Below, piece by piece: positions 55,686-64,000 of a stretch of 64,000 nt of DNA. Both the position numbers and the translations under genes were made by a program. This DNA comes from Candidatus Parcubacteria bacterium (GTDB lineage Bacteria; Patescibacteriota; Minisyncoccia; UBA6257; 2-01-FULL-56-20): NCBI GenBank assembly GCA_027355945.1, contig DAIEHA010000003.1, forward strand, positions 5,769 to 69,768. The letters are read 5' to 3'. Below the pieces are notes generated by a model, which was given only the letters and a program-made list of their open reading frames with translations, had not been told where the DNA came from and did no database searches. Every line of letters begins with the position of its first letter. The stretch's first letter is position 1.

Positions 55686-57404
55686 CTATTCCCGGATGAC
55701 GCGCAGCACCTCTTCGAGCGTCGTTTGGGCGAGCTGCACCTTACGGATGCCGTCTTCGAACATCGTGGCCATGCCGCTCGCACTCGCCTGTTCGCGGATC
55801 GCCTCGAGGCTGAACTCGGGCTTCGTGATGATCTCTTTCATCTTCTCATCCACCTCCATGATCTCATAAATGCCGAGACGGCCGCGGTAGCCGGTACCTC
55901 CGCACGAGGCGCATCCCTTGCCGCGGTAGAGCACATTGGGGACTTTCACCTTGGGCACGCCTCCGGCGCTCACGCGCCTCAACTGATCCTCGATGGCGGC
56001 GAGGGATCCGGGATCCGGTTCATAGGAATAGATGCACGTCGGGCAGATCCTCCGCACGAGACGCTGGGCGATGATCATATTGAGCACCGAACTCACGAGG
56101 AACGGCGGCACGTCGAGATCGAAGAATCGCGGCACCGCGGTCGGCGCATCGTTCGTATGGAGCGAGGAGAGGAGAAGATGCCCCGTGAGCGCCGCCTGCA
56201 CGGAGATATCGGCGGTCTCGGCATCGCGGATCTCACCGACCATGATGATGTTCGGGTCCTGCCGGAGAAGTGCGCGGAGGCCCGATGCGAATGTGATCCC
56301 CGCTTGCGGATTGATCTGGGTCTGGTTCACGTAGCGCATATTGTATTCGATCGGGTCCTCGATGGTCGTGATGTTCACCTGAGGATGATTCAGCATGTTC
56401 ATGAGCGTATAGAGCGTCGTCGTCTTTCCGGACCCGGTGGGACCGCAGGAGATGATCATGCCGTACGCCTTCTTGAGGTTCTCGGTGACGACCTTCGTAT
56501 CCTCCTGGGAAAGGCCAAGCTCCTCGAGGGAGAGCGGCTTCTCGGAGGATTCAAGGAGGCGCATCTCCGCCTTCTCCCCGTAGAACGTGGGCATCACCGA
56601 TACGCGGACGTCGATCGACTGGGAACCCACTTCGTAGCGGAAACGTCCGTCCTGCGGCGTGAAGTGCTCATCGAGCTTGAGTCCCGCAAGAAGCTTGATG
56701 CGCGCCACGATCGCGGGATGGATGTCCTTCGGGATGCTCATGATCTCGTAAAGGATGCCGTCGATGCGGTAGCGGATGTATGTGGCGTCCTCGAGGATCT
56801 CGATATGGATGTCCGACGCGCGCGAGGCGAGCGCATAGGAAAGGACGTTGTCCACGATGGCGATGATGGGAAGGTCGGCGGCGGCCTCCTTCGCATCTTT
56901 GGCCCCCGCAACGAGCGAGGCGCGGATGTTGTCATCGATGAGCTTTTTGAAATCTTGTCCGAGCTCGTACCCATACACGGAAAATCCCCGATTGAGGTCC
57001 TCGTGCGTCGCAAGGAAGGGCCGGATCTTCGCCTTGAGGCGCTCCTCGAGGAACTCCCGGGTCGCAAGGTCCGAGGGATCCGTCATGGCGGCATCATACG
57101 TACCGTCCGCTTCGCGGGCGAAGAGGATCACCTGCCGGGAACGGGCGACGTCCTCCGGAAGGGCGTTCACCGCCTCGCGGTCGAGCGATTCCATGGCAAG
57201 GTTCGCACGGGGCACGCCAAGCGCCTCTGCAATGAGATTATTCAAGTAATCAGAGGCCACCACGCGATCGGCGACGAGTACGTCGAGGATGCTTTGGTTC
57301 TTGCGGTCCGCCTCGGTGGCGATCGCGTCGAAACGTTCGGGCGCCACGACGCCGTCCGCAACAAGGAGCTGTTTCAACTGGTCGATGGGAATAGGGAGCT
57401 GCAT
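55686..57404 (-). CDS. pilB: type IV pilus assembly ATPase PilB paralog (GspE family)
   Basis: P-loop GPTGSGKTT, tetracysteine CPTC...CASCGGTG, IMVGEIRD, SSLHTN. Start at the ATG (complement of 57402-57404). The ORF is open to 57437. Confidence 0.9.
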   Translation of the reverse strand: MQLPIPIDQLKQLLVADGVVAPERFDAIATEADRKNQSILDVLVADRVVASDYLNNLIAEALGVPRANLAMESLDREAVNALPEDVARSRQVILFAREADGTYDAAMTDPSDLATREFLEERLKAKIRPFLATHEDLNRGFSVYGYELGQDFKKLIDDNIRASLVAGAKDAKEAAADLPIIAIVDNVLSYALASRASDIHIEILEDATYIRYRIDGILYEIMSIPKDIHPAIVARIKLLAGLKLDEHFTPQDGRFRYEVGSQSIDVRVSVMPTFYGEKAEMRLLESSEKPLSLEELGLSQEDTKVVTENLKKAYGMIISCGPTGSGKTTTLYTLMNMLNHPQVNITTIEDPIEYNMRYVNQTQINPQAGITFASGLRALLRQDPNIIMVGEIRDAETADISVQAALTGHLLLSSLHTNDAPTAVPRFFDLDVPPFLVSSVLNMIIAQRLVRRICPTCIYSYEPDPGSLAAIEDQLRRVSAGGVPKVKVPNVLYRGKGCASCGGTGYRGRLGIYEIMEVDEKMKEIITKPEFSLEAIREQASASGMATMFEDGIRKVQLAQTTLEEVLRVIRE

Positions 57405-57486
57405 AGTTACTATTATATAGAAATAGGGGACAAACATAAAACCCCGGGGTTCCGGGGTCTTATGGAGAAAACGTTCCTCGCGTGCG

Positions 57487-58116
57487 TTAGAGGTTTACGT
57501 TCGTTCCTGCTTCGTACGTGCTGGTGCTGTTGCCGCCGTCGCCGGTCTCAATGTCTCCCGAACCGCCCGCTTGATACTTGGTGCTTTCCATCTTTGACGC
57601 AATCTTATACTGGGTCCCATTGGTCAAATACGTATACAGACAAGGTGAAGCGCTTACGCAATTCGTGTTCTGTGCAGTCCCGAGCGGATCGATCGGAAGC
57701 GATCCGAACGGAGCTCCCGAGCTGATCCCGGCGAAGTTGATCGGGATCCATCCCGTATCATTCACCGCGCGGCTCGTCGCAGACGATGTTGCGGTCGCAT
57801 CAGCGGCATTATATCCCCATCCGGTAGGAGTGGAAGATGACTGGAAGGTGGCAAGCAAGGGAATATTCGCTCCGGCGTATGCCGCAACGATCGTTCCTGC
57901 AGTACCCATATTCGTCGTTGACACGTCCACTTGATAGAGCGAGATAGCGCTCTTAAGCGTCGCGAAGTCAGAGACCCTGTTCGAGTCGCGCGACTGGGCG
58001 AGCAACTGTGCGGGATTCAACGTGAGCACCACGACGACCGCCAAGATCGCGATAATGGCGATGACGACGAGGAGTTCGATGAGCGTAAAACCCTTTCTAT
58101 TGTTAATGATCTTCAT
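57487..58116 (-). CDS. type IV pilin (major pilin candidate)
   Basis: Prepilin leader MKIINNRKG|FTLIELLVVIAIIAILAVVVVL. ~190-aa mature S/T/G-rich globular part. First gene of T4P locus 2. Confidence 0.8.
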   Translation of the reverse strand: MKIINNRKGFTLIELLVVIAIIAILAVVVVLTLNPAQLLAQSRDSNRVSDFATLKSAISLYQVDVSTTNMGTAGTIVAAYAGANIPLLATFQSSSTPTGWGYNAADATATSSATSRAVNDTGWIPINFAGISSGAPFGSLPIDPLGTAQNTNCVSASPCLYTYLTNGTQYKIASKMESTKYQAGGSGDIETGDGGNSTSTYEAGTNVNL

Positions 58117-58118
58117 TT

Positions 58119-58130
58119 TTTGCGCGCAAA
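58119..58130. promoter_or_regulatory. perfect 12-bp palindrome TTTGCGCGCAAA abutting the pilin start codon
   Basis: It sits 2 nt upstream of the pilin ATG, where an SD would be, flanked by A/T runs. Possible operator. Confidence 0.3.
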
Positions 58131-58182
58131 TTTTTAAGATATTCCGACCTTTTACGTGATTTAATGATACCACAATGGCCCC

Positions 58183-58926
58183 TTATCCCTTTGCAACACT
58201 GTGGATAACTTGAAGGAAATCTTCGGGAAGCGGGGCTTCGAAGGTGAAACGGTTTCCCGCGCCGTCATCCCATGCAAGCGATGCCGCATGAAGCATGAGG
58301 CGCGATGCCGCATGTGCGGCGCGTTTCCCACCGTAAAGGCGATCTCCGAGGATGGGATGTCCTATGCTCGCAAGATGGACGCGGATCTGATGCGTACGCC
58401 CCGTGCGCGGACGCGCCTCGACGAGCGCATACGCCCCACCGGCGAAACGCTCCTTCACGGCATACTCCGTCACCGCGTCCTTTGCCATCGTCGTCACGTG
58501 CACGCTCCTCTTCAGTGTGCCGCTCCTGATGCCGATCGGACGATCGATCGTTCCCCGCAGGGGGTCGGGCGTCCCCGCGGTGAGCGCAAGGTAGGACTTC
58601 TTCATGGCATGCGACTGGAAAAGCGATTTCAGATGTGCGAATGAGGATTGCGTCCGTGCGGCGATCATCACCCCCGACGTCTCCTTGTCGAGGCGATGCA
58701 CGATCCCGGGACGATATTCGGGATCGTCGCCGACGCTCGCCATCTCGGGGTAGCGGGCCGCGAGCCATCCCGCAAGCGTGGGCTCGGCGCGGCGCGCCTC
58801 ATCCACATTCCCCGCGCGCTCCTTTGCGGCGCCCACCCGCACCCGGTGCACCAAAAGTCCCGTCGGTTTCACGACGGCGACGAAGTCACGATTCTCGAAG
58901 ATCACCTCGGGTCCTGGAACATCCAT
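58183..58926 (-). CDS. RluA-family pseudouridine synthase
   Basis: Catalytic motif HRLDKETSG. RluA/RluD-like core. Internal ATG chosen. The ORF is open to 59010. Confidence 0.8.
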   Translation of the reverse strand: MDVPGPEVIFENRDFVAVVKPTGLLVHRVRVGAAKERAGNVDEARRAEPTLAGWLAARYPEMASVGDDPEYRPGIVHRLDKETSGVMIAARTQSSFAHLKSLFQSHAMKKSYLALTAGTPDPLRGTIDRPIGIRSGTLKRSVHVTTMAKDAVTEYAVKERFAGGAYALVEARPRTGRTHQIRVHLASIGHPILGDRLYGGKRAAHAASRLMLHAASLAWDDGAGNRFTFEAPLPEDFLQVIHSVAKG

Positions 58927-59041
58927 GGCATTCTCCCCATTATAAAGCACTGCGCGCCCGACGTCCTCCGTGACGGACGGATCCCCTTCTCTGGTTGCAA
59001 AATTCCCCAAATTTCCTATTATACATAGGTCCGTGGTACGC

Positions 59042-59113
59042 GCGTCCTTAGCTCAGTGGTAGAGCGTCACATTGACATTGTGAAGGCCGGAGGTCCGATC
59101 CCTCCAGGACGCA
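59042..59113 (+). tRNA. tRNA-Val (anticodon GAC)
   Basis: GCGTCCT-TA-GCTCAGTGGTAGAGC-G-TCACA-TTGACAT-TGTGA-AGGCC-GGAGG-TCCGATC-CCTCC-AGGACGC-A. No CCA. The T-loop has C at position 55. Confidence 0.7.
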
Positions 59114-59181
59114 CCGATCGGCCCGTCGGCCGGTCGCATGGTGATCGGAACACGCCGGAACGGTCCGGCACGCAGCAGCCT

Positions 59182-59253
59182 GGGCGGCTAGTTCAGTGGT
59201 AGAACGCTGTCCTGATAAGACAGAGGTCATAGGTTCGATTCCTATGCCGCCCA
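59182..59253 (+). tRNA. tRNA-Ile (anticodon GAT)
   Basis: GGGCGGC-TA-GTTCAGTGGTAGAAC-G-CTGTC-CTGATAA-GACAG-AGGTC-ATAGG-TTCGATT-CCTAT-GCCGCCC-A. Canonical cloverleaf. No CCA. Confidence 0.8.
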
Positions 59254-59342
59254 CATCCTCAGTCCGCATTCCCGCATGATTGGCGGGGCATCCTGATCCC
59301 GGACGGCCTCACATGCCGGCCGCGATCCCTTATTATTCCCTA

Positions 59343-59951
59343 CTACTCCTTTCGGGCCCCTTTCTGTTTCTGATAGGTAAGGAACGTGGGGACGAGCGAC
59401 ACGACGACGACAAGCACGACGAGCGGCAGGAGATACCGGTCGATATTCGGGACGACCGCGCCGAGGAAATATCCGAGGACCGTCACGGCGAAGCTCCACA
59501 GCGCGCACCCGATGATATCGAACATGAGAAATGTACGATAGCGCATCTTGCCGACGCCGCCGAGGAGCGGCGCAAAAGCGCGGATGACGGGGATATAGCG
59601 CTGCACGATGAACGTCGATCTGCCGTAATGTTCGAAGAACGCCTCCGTCCTTAAAAGGTTCGTCTGGTTGAAGATGAAGGAATTCTTCTCGAACACCTTG
59701 CGTCCCAGTTTTTTCCCTATGAAATAGCCCGCATTATCCCCTGCAAGCGCCGTAAGGAAGATGACCGGGACAAGGAGATAGATGTCGAAGACTCCGCGCG
59801 CCGCAAGGAGGCCTGCGAGGAAGATGAGGCTGTCCCCGGGAAGCACGAATCCGAGGAGCAGTCCTGATTCGGCGAACACGATGGCCCCGATCCCCGGATA
59901 ACCGAAGGTCCTGATTATATAAGTGAGGATGGCGGTGATATCAAACGGCAT
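59343..59951 (-). CDS. DedA/VTT-domain membrane protein (second copy)
   Basis: DedA core GYPGIGAIVFAESGLLLGFVLPGDSLIFLAGLLAA...QRYIPVIRAFAPLLGGVGKM. Confidence 0.75.
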   Translation of the reverse strand: MPFDITAILTYIIRTFGYPGIGAIVFAESGLLLGFVLPGDSLIFLAGLLAARGVFDIYLLVPVIFLTALAGDNAGYFIGKKLGRKVFEKNSFIFNQTNLLRTEAFFEHYGRSTFIVQRYIPVIRAFAPLLGGVGKMRYRTFLMFDIIGCALWSFAVTVLGYFLGAVVPNIDRYLLPLVVLVVVVSLVPTFLTYQKQKGARKE

Positions 59952-60573
59952 GGGAGGACGCGAGATCGAGCGGACGGCCTTTGGACCGGAAGACGAAAAG
60001 CTTGTAGCCCGCGAAGTTCCAGATGAGATTGAGCGCCGTCGCCGCGACGGCAGCCACGTTATCCCACCGTATCTGGGAAAAGCCGAGGGGCGGCCTCATG
60101 ACGCCCACGATGAGCGCGGTAGTGCCGACGTTCACCAGGAAACCGACGAGGGTGACCGCGGCGAACCGCATGAACTCCTTCCGGGTGCGCGAGTATGCGG
60201 CCTCGCCGTCGAACGTCCATATGCGGTTCAGTTCATAGCTCCCGAAAAGCGCGCAGAGGAACGAGAACGATTTGAACGCCACGATCGGCATTCCCGTTGC
60301 AGATCCCGTGAGGACGATGAGCGTGTCGAACACGAAGAAATCGACGCCCGTATTGAGGACGCCTACGATGAGGAACTTGGCGAACTTATGGAACACGTGT
60401 CCATGGAACCAGCGGTGCGCGAGCGCGACGCCAAGCACCGAGAGGAGGGGGATCGCCGCGAGTGCGGCGAACGTCTCCCCGCGCGCAAGCGAAAGATGGC
60501 GAAACACGAAAAACCAGAGCACGCTTGCCGCAAGCCCTATTCCGAGTGCCATTTTATAATCGCGCGCAGGCAT
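59941..60573 (-). CDS. GtrA-family membrane protein (polysaccharide/glycan translocation-associated)
   Basis: GtrA-like signature KFAKFLIVGVLNTGVDFFVFDTL...YELNRIWTF. Four TM helices. Overlaps the downstream DedA start by 11 nt. Confidence 0.7.
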   Translation of the reverse strand: MPARDYKMALGIGLAASVLWFFVFRHLSLARGETFAALAAIPLLSVLGVALAHRWFHGHVFHKFAKFLIVGVLNTGVDFFVFDTLIVLTGSATGMPIVAFKSFSFLCALFGSYELNRIWTFDGEAAYSRTRKEFMRFAAVTLVGFLVNVGTTALIVGVMRPPLGFSQIRWDNVAAVAATALNLIWNFAGYKLFVFRSKGRPLDLASSHAV

Positions 60574-60924
60574 GATGGATATGGGATGATACTATGACCC
60601 GTATAGAATACTATACATCGCCCCCTCTTGAACCTCCAGCGCGCGCGTGCATGGAACAGCGCGCCGCATGCGTATAGTTAAGAGTACCTCCATATGCAGA
60701 GGAAGGGACTCCCGTACAGAGGAAAAGGCCCGGATCCGAACCCCGTGAGACCGGAACCGAAAAAGGGCGAGCATGACGGAAAGAGACCGGAAAACCCGCC
60801 ATTCGAACGCCTGCGAGGGCGCGGAACGACCTGCTGGGACGATCCTTCAGCGCATGGTACAATGAACCACCGTACGGGGCCCATGCACCTGCATACCCCT
60901 CCCGAAACAGCTGCTCACCGGACC

Positions 60925-62118
60925 ATGCACGCATCATCAAAGGAAGACGCATCCTCCCCGCCGCATACGGACAAAGGCTCGCGCAAAAAATCGATCGCGA
61001 AGCGGATCGTATATTATTCCGGCGCCGCCATCACATTCCTTGCCGTGGGAGGGTTTCTTTTCATAAAACTGAACACGGGCGCCGCAGCGACGTTCGCAGA
61101 CCAGGCGCTGCGTCCCGCGATCGGCGATAATCAGGTGATATTCCTCGAAGGGATCTATTTCCAGATGGCCGATCTTTTCGACCGGATAAAATATTCCATA
61201 GTGAAACCGCCGAACCTCTATATTGCGAGCGGGAGCATCCCTATTTCGGCGCCCCAGATGCAGGGACAGGCGGTTTCTTCGACACTCGCTCTCTCCCCCA
61301 TTGCGGTGCCCGGCGTGACGCCCGCGGACGGGGCCGGGGTGTGGCGGAACATCCCTCTCGATCTTTTCCCGGGGCAGATCGTCATGGCGGATACATTCGT
61401 GAATCCCGATCCCTCCCGTCCGTATGCGTTCGTCACCCTCGTGCAGATGGATATGTCGCGGCTGCGGCTCTCGAGCGTCGCAGGGACGCAGGAACCGGGT
61501 GCAAAAGCGGGCAAACCGGGGCCCGGCATCATTCCGAGGACCGTACAGGAGAGCGGCGCGCTCGTCGCGGCATTCAACGGAGGGTTCCAATACCGGGACG
61601 GGCGATATGGGATGATCGTGGGAAAGACCACCTATCTCCCCCTCAAGAAGGACCTTGCCACGCTTGTCGCATACGCCGACGGCACCCTGCGCATCGTGAA
61701 ATATGAAGGACAGGACCTCGGGACGAATATCGTGTTCATCCGGCAGAATTGTCCCATGCTCATCGAGAACGGCGTCGTCGCATCGAACGACCAAGCGAAC
61801 AAGAAACTGTGGGGGCGGACGGTGAGCCCCGGCATCTACACGTGGCGCTCAGGGATCGGCATCACCGCGAGCGGCACTCTCGTATACGCGGTCGGCAATT
61901 CCCTCACACCCGCCACGCTCGCCACGGCGCTCCAGGCCGCAGGCGCAGTGAACGCCATGCAGCTCGATATCAATCCCTTCTGGGTGAGATTCAACGTCTT
62001 CGATCATTTCGCGAGCGGCACCTACACGCACTTCACCGTCATGAACGGCATCCAGGACGGCGCATATCAATATCTTCATGGATATCAAAAGGACTTCTTC
62101 TACGTGACCAAGGCGTAG
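60925..62118 (+). CDS. phosphodiester glycosidase family protein (DUF2233, NAGPA-like) with N-terminal TM anchor
   Basis: AAFNGGFQYRDGRYG, GPMLIENGV, WRSGIGITASGTLVYAV, GAVNAMQLDINPFWV match DUF2233. The ORF is open from 60694. The start is uncertain. Confidence 0.65.
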   Translation: MHASSKEDASSPPHTDKGSRKKSIAKRIVYYSGAAITFLAVGGFLFIKLNTGAAATFADQALRPAIGDNQVIFLEGIYFQMADLFDRIKYSIVKPPNLYIASGSIPISAPQMQGQAVSSTLALSPIAVPGVTPADGAGVWRNIPLDLFPGQIVMADTFVNPDPSRPYAFVTLVQMDMSRLRLSSVAGTQEPGAKAGKPGPGIIPRTVQESGALVAAFNGGFQYRDGRYGMIVGKTTYLPLKKDLATLVAYADGTLRIVKYEGQDLGTNIVFIRQNCPMLIENGVVASNDQANKKLWGRTVSPGIYTWRSGIGITASGTLVYAVGNSLTPATLATALQAAGAVNAMQLDINPFWVRFNVFDHFASGTYTHFTVMNGIQDGAYQYLHGYQKDFFYVTKA

Positions 62119-62154
62119 GAGTGCGCGCGAGACGCGGTGCGCCGCCCTGCATGA

Positions 62155-63372
62155 TCAGGGCTCGAACGCGACGGTCCCCAGTGTTACGCCCCATATGGTA
62201 TTGATCGTGGTGAACGTCGCGGAGATCGGTCCTGCCGAAGATTGGATCGCATATGCCGCACCACCGCCGTTCACGCCTGGCGCATTGACCGCGAGAGTGA
62301 ACGGTGATGCCACCGTGGTGCCTCCCGGATCGTTATGGCCGTTGGCGAGCAAGAGTGTCGCAACAAAATCGCCGTTCACCGTCGTCGTGGCCGTAGGTGT
62401 CGCGCATGGACAGATACTTCCGGATCCCAGCACCGTATACGCATCCACCACCGGCTTGACCCCGGTGATCTCCTCGCCGACCGTGCCTATCCAATCCCCA
62501 CCGCCGCTTTCGACAAACATGGCGGCGCAGGAAGACGAAGCGCCCGAACCGATCGGGGCATACCATAATCCAAACCCATCCGTAGTGGTCCCAAGCGCAG
62601 TCCATGTCACTCCGCATCCCGAGATGATGGGGCTCGATGTGGCGCTCGAACCGCTGACCGCTGCAAGCAGGACGTCTCCGGGAATGACCGGTGAAGGAAA
62701 TGTGCAGGTGATCGAACTTGAATAGACGCCTCCGGCGCCACACGCCTGTTGTACGCCGATATGCCCCGGACGGTAATCGATGGGCAGGAGCGAGAGCGAG
62801 CTTCCCTTCACATAAAGATCGTTATAAGGCCCCCCGCTATTGGCCGCGACCGAAGCGTATTTCTGGGATTCGAAATTTGCGGATATCTCGAACTGCGAGC
62901 CTCCGTTCGTCGTGTATGTATAATAGAGCCCGCTGGACGATTGATTGACGGGATCGACGGGAAGCGCGGAAAGTGCGTTCCCGACGGTGCCACTCGCAAA
63001 ATTAACAGGAATCCATCCGGATCCGTTGGTGTTCCGGTAATCCGCCACCGAAGCGCATTGATACGTCCACCCCTGCGGAAGCGAACTGCTCGAAAGCCCT
63101 ATCCCGGAACAAGTGCTCGTTGCGCCTGCGGGGATGGTCGGATCGGGAAGCGAAAGATAGAGGACGTCGGGCGTGCCGGGCGAAGCGGAATCGATATTCT
63201 TGAGCGATAACGCCGAGGTCAGGGTGTTGACATCGGACACACGGTTCGCGTCCCTCGATTGCTTCAGAAGCTCGGCGGGATTGAGGACGAGGACCACGAC
63301 GACCGCGAGGATCGCGATGATGGCAATGACGACGAGAAGCTCGATGAGGGTGAAGGCCCTGCGGAGAGACAT
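62155..63372 (-). CDS. giant type IV pilin-like protein (405 aa)
   Basis: Prepilin-like N-terminus MSLRRA|FTLIELLVVIAIIAILAVVVVL (Ala at -1). The first ~55 residues are near-identical to the pilin at 57487-58116. Large G/S/T-rich C-terminal domain with several Cys. Confidence 0.7.
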   Translation of the reverse strand: MSLRRAFTLIELLVVIAIIAILAVVVVLVLNPAELLKQSRDANRVSDVNTLTSALSLKNIDSASPGTPDVLYLSLPDPTIPAGATSTCSGIGLSSSSLPQGWTYQCASVADYRNTNGSGWIPVNFASGTVGNALSALPVDPVNQSSSGLYYTYTTNGGSQFEISANFESQKYASVAANSGGPYNDLYVKGSSLSLLPIDYRPGHIGVQQACGAGGVYSSSITCTFPSPVIPGDVLLAAVSGSSATSSPIISGCGVTWTALGTTTDGFGLWYAPIGSGASSSCAAMFVESGGGDWIGTVGEEITGVKPVVDAYTVLGSGSICPCATPTATTTVNGDFVATLLLANGHNDPGGTTVASPFTLAVNAPGVNGGGAAYAIQSSAGPISATFTTINTIWGVTLGTVAFEP

Positions 63373-63418
63373 AGGATAATGGTAGCAAATACAATCTGGA
63401 AGAAATATCGTCTCCCCC

Positions 63419-63970
63419 CTATCCCTTCAGATATCCCCTCGTGATCGGGCCGAGATATCCGGTGGCAGGGATGCCATGGGATGCCTGGAATGCGATGAGA
63501 GCCTCCTTCGTGGCAGGTCCGAAGTAATCGGTCTCATGGCCAAGGGATCCGGGAGCCCCGGGGATGGAGGATACCGGGAATCCATGGGAATCGAGATATG
63601 CCTGAAGGTCTCCCACATCCGCTCCCCTGTCCCCAAGAGAGAGATCGCGGGGGAAGGAGGAAGAGGAGGATGCAGGGAAAGAGAGGGATCCCTGCGGGAG
63701 CGTGAAGGGGGTATACGGGAGGGAAAGGCCCTGGGACTGCGCGAGGACGAGGAGCGCATTGAAGGTCTTCTCAAGCGAGACGAGCGCAGGAAGAAGGGGT
63801 GCGGAGGGTGATGGGATGGAAGCGGAAGAGGGAGCGGAAGGAAGGGAAGGAGAGGATGCGGGGATGGAAGAGGGAGCGGGAGAAGGAGAGGGAGCGGGAG
63901 ATGCTGCGGGCGGGGCTGCGGGAACGCCTCCTGCAGCAACCTGGACGACAAGGGAGGGGGGAAGGGTCAC
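63419..63970 (-). CDS. peptidoglycan-binding (PG_binding_1) domain protein, P/S-rich N-terminal region; probably 5'-truncated by window end
   Basis: C-terminal LSLGDRGADVGDLQAYLDSHGF...ALIAFQASHGIPATGYLGPITRGYL matches the PG-binding domain. The upstream reading frame stays open to position 64000. Confidence 0.55.
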   Translation of the reverse strand: MTLPPSLVVQVAAGGVPAAPPAASPAPSPSPAPSSIPASSPSLPSAPSSASIPSPSAPLLPALVSLEKTFNALLVLAQSQGLSLPYTPFTLPQGSLSFPASSSSSFPRDLSLGDRGADVGDLQAYLDSHGFPVSSIPGAPGSLGHETDYFGPATKEALIAFQASHGIPATGYLGPITRGYLKG

Positions 63971-64000
63971 GATGATCGATGCGGTAGCCGTGGAGGAAGC

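Noticed and set aside
60694-60924. N-terminal 77 codons of the DUF2233 ORF
   Set aside because: Highly biased (P/G/R/H-rich) and lying upstream of the TM anchor, so it is likely non-coding. The start was moved to the ATG at 60925. This is uncertain.
1-64000. CRISPR arrays or tandem repeats
   Set aside because: No regularly spaced direct repeats were seen. The only notable repeats are the pilin N-terminal cassette and the low-complexity S/T/P-rich coding stretches.

Overview
This is a 64-kb, high-GC (~60%), gene-dense bacterial chromosomal segment. Genes use both strands with short intergenic spacers, and several genes couple by 4-nt overlaps. No rRNA, CRISPR array, transposase or integrase is visible.

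Main content, left to right:
- Type IV pilus (T4P) locus 1, all on the minus strand: pilM, pilN, pilO, a small membrane ORF, pilB, pilT (cut by the window edge).
- comFC, then a secreted helical protein and an ECF sigma / anti-sigma pair.
- A coherent dTMP/dTTP module: a tandem two-domain ThyX-like protein, tmk and dcd.
- An RlpA-like protein and tRNA-Gly.
- A three-carbon acid module: glycerate 2-kinase, PEP synthase, a DUF1653 protein and a D-2-hydroxyacid dehydrogenase.
- pyrD and cobO, divergent from nrdJ (class II RNR with an ATP-cone) across a long structured leader.
- Two PilN/PilO-like membrane proteins, then dprA-topA.
- tRNA-Leu and tRNA-Cys, rbfA and a short infB, then tRNA-Ser followed by a low-GC islet (membrane proteins plus an ASCH-domain protein).
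- A P-type ATPase, an overlapping HIT/NUDIX pair and a TrmB regulator.
- An ftsE-ftsX-CAP-domain operon.
- DedA and several hypothetical proteins.
- Convergent, overlapping 3D-domain and GH18 cell-wall hydrolase genes.
- An Fe-S-less HhH-GPD glycosylase, an RRM RNA-binding protein and rmuC.
- ftsZ-ftsA, ybeY, yqeY, rpsU, hisS, lepB/pth.
- T4P locus 2, minus strand: a PilM-PilN fusion, minor pilin-like genes, pilC, a second pilB and the major pilin.
- rluA, tRNA-Val and tRNA-Ile.
- DedA, GtrA and DUF2233 beside a 405-aa giant pilin that shares a near-identical N-terminal cassette with the major pilin.
- A truncated peptidoglycan-binding protein at the window end.

Many genes are leaderless, with a -10 hexamer placed 6 nt upstream of the ATG. 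The gene set (competence/T4P machinery without a secretin, many murein hydrolases, nucleotide-salvage genes, tRNAs without encoded CCA) is compatible with a small-genome monoderm lineage such as CPR/Patescibacteria. Lineage cannot be assigned from this window alone.

Most long ORFs on the strand opposite to the annotated genes are GC-driven antisense artifacts.
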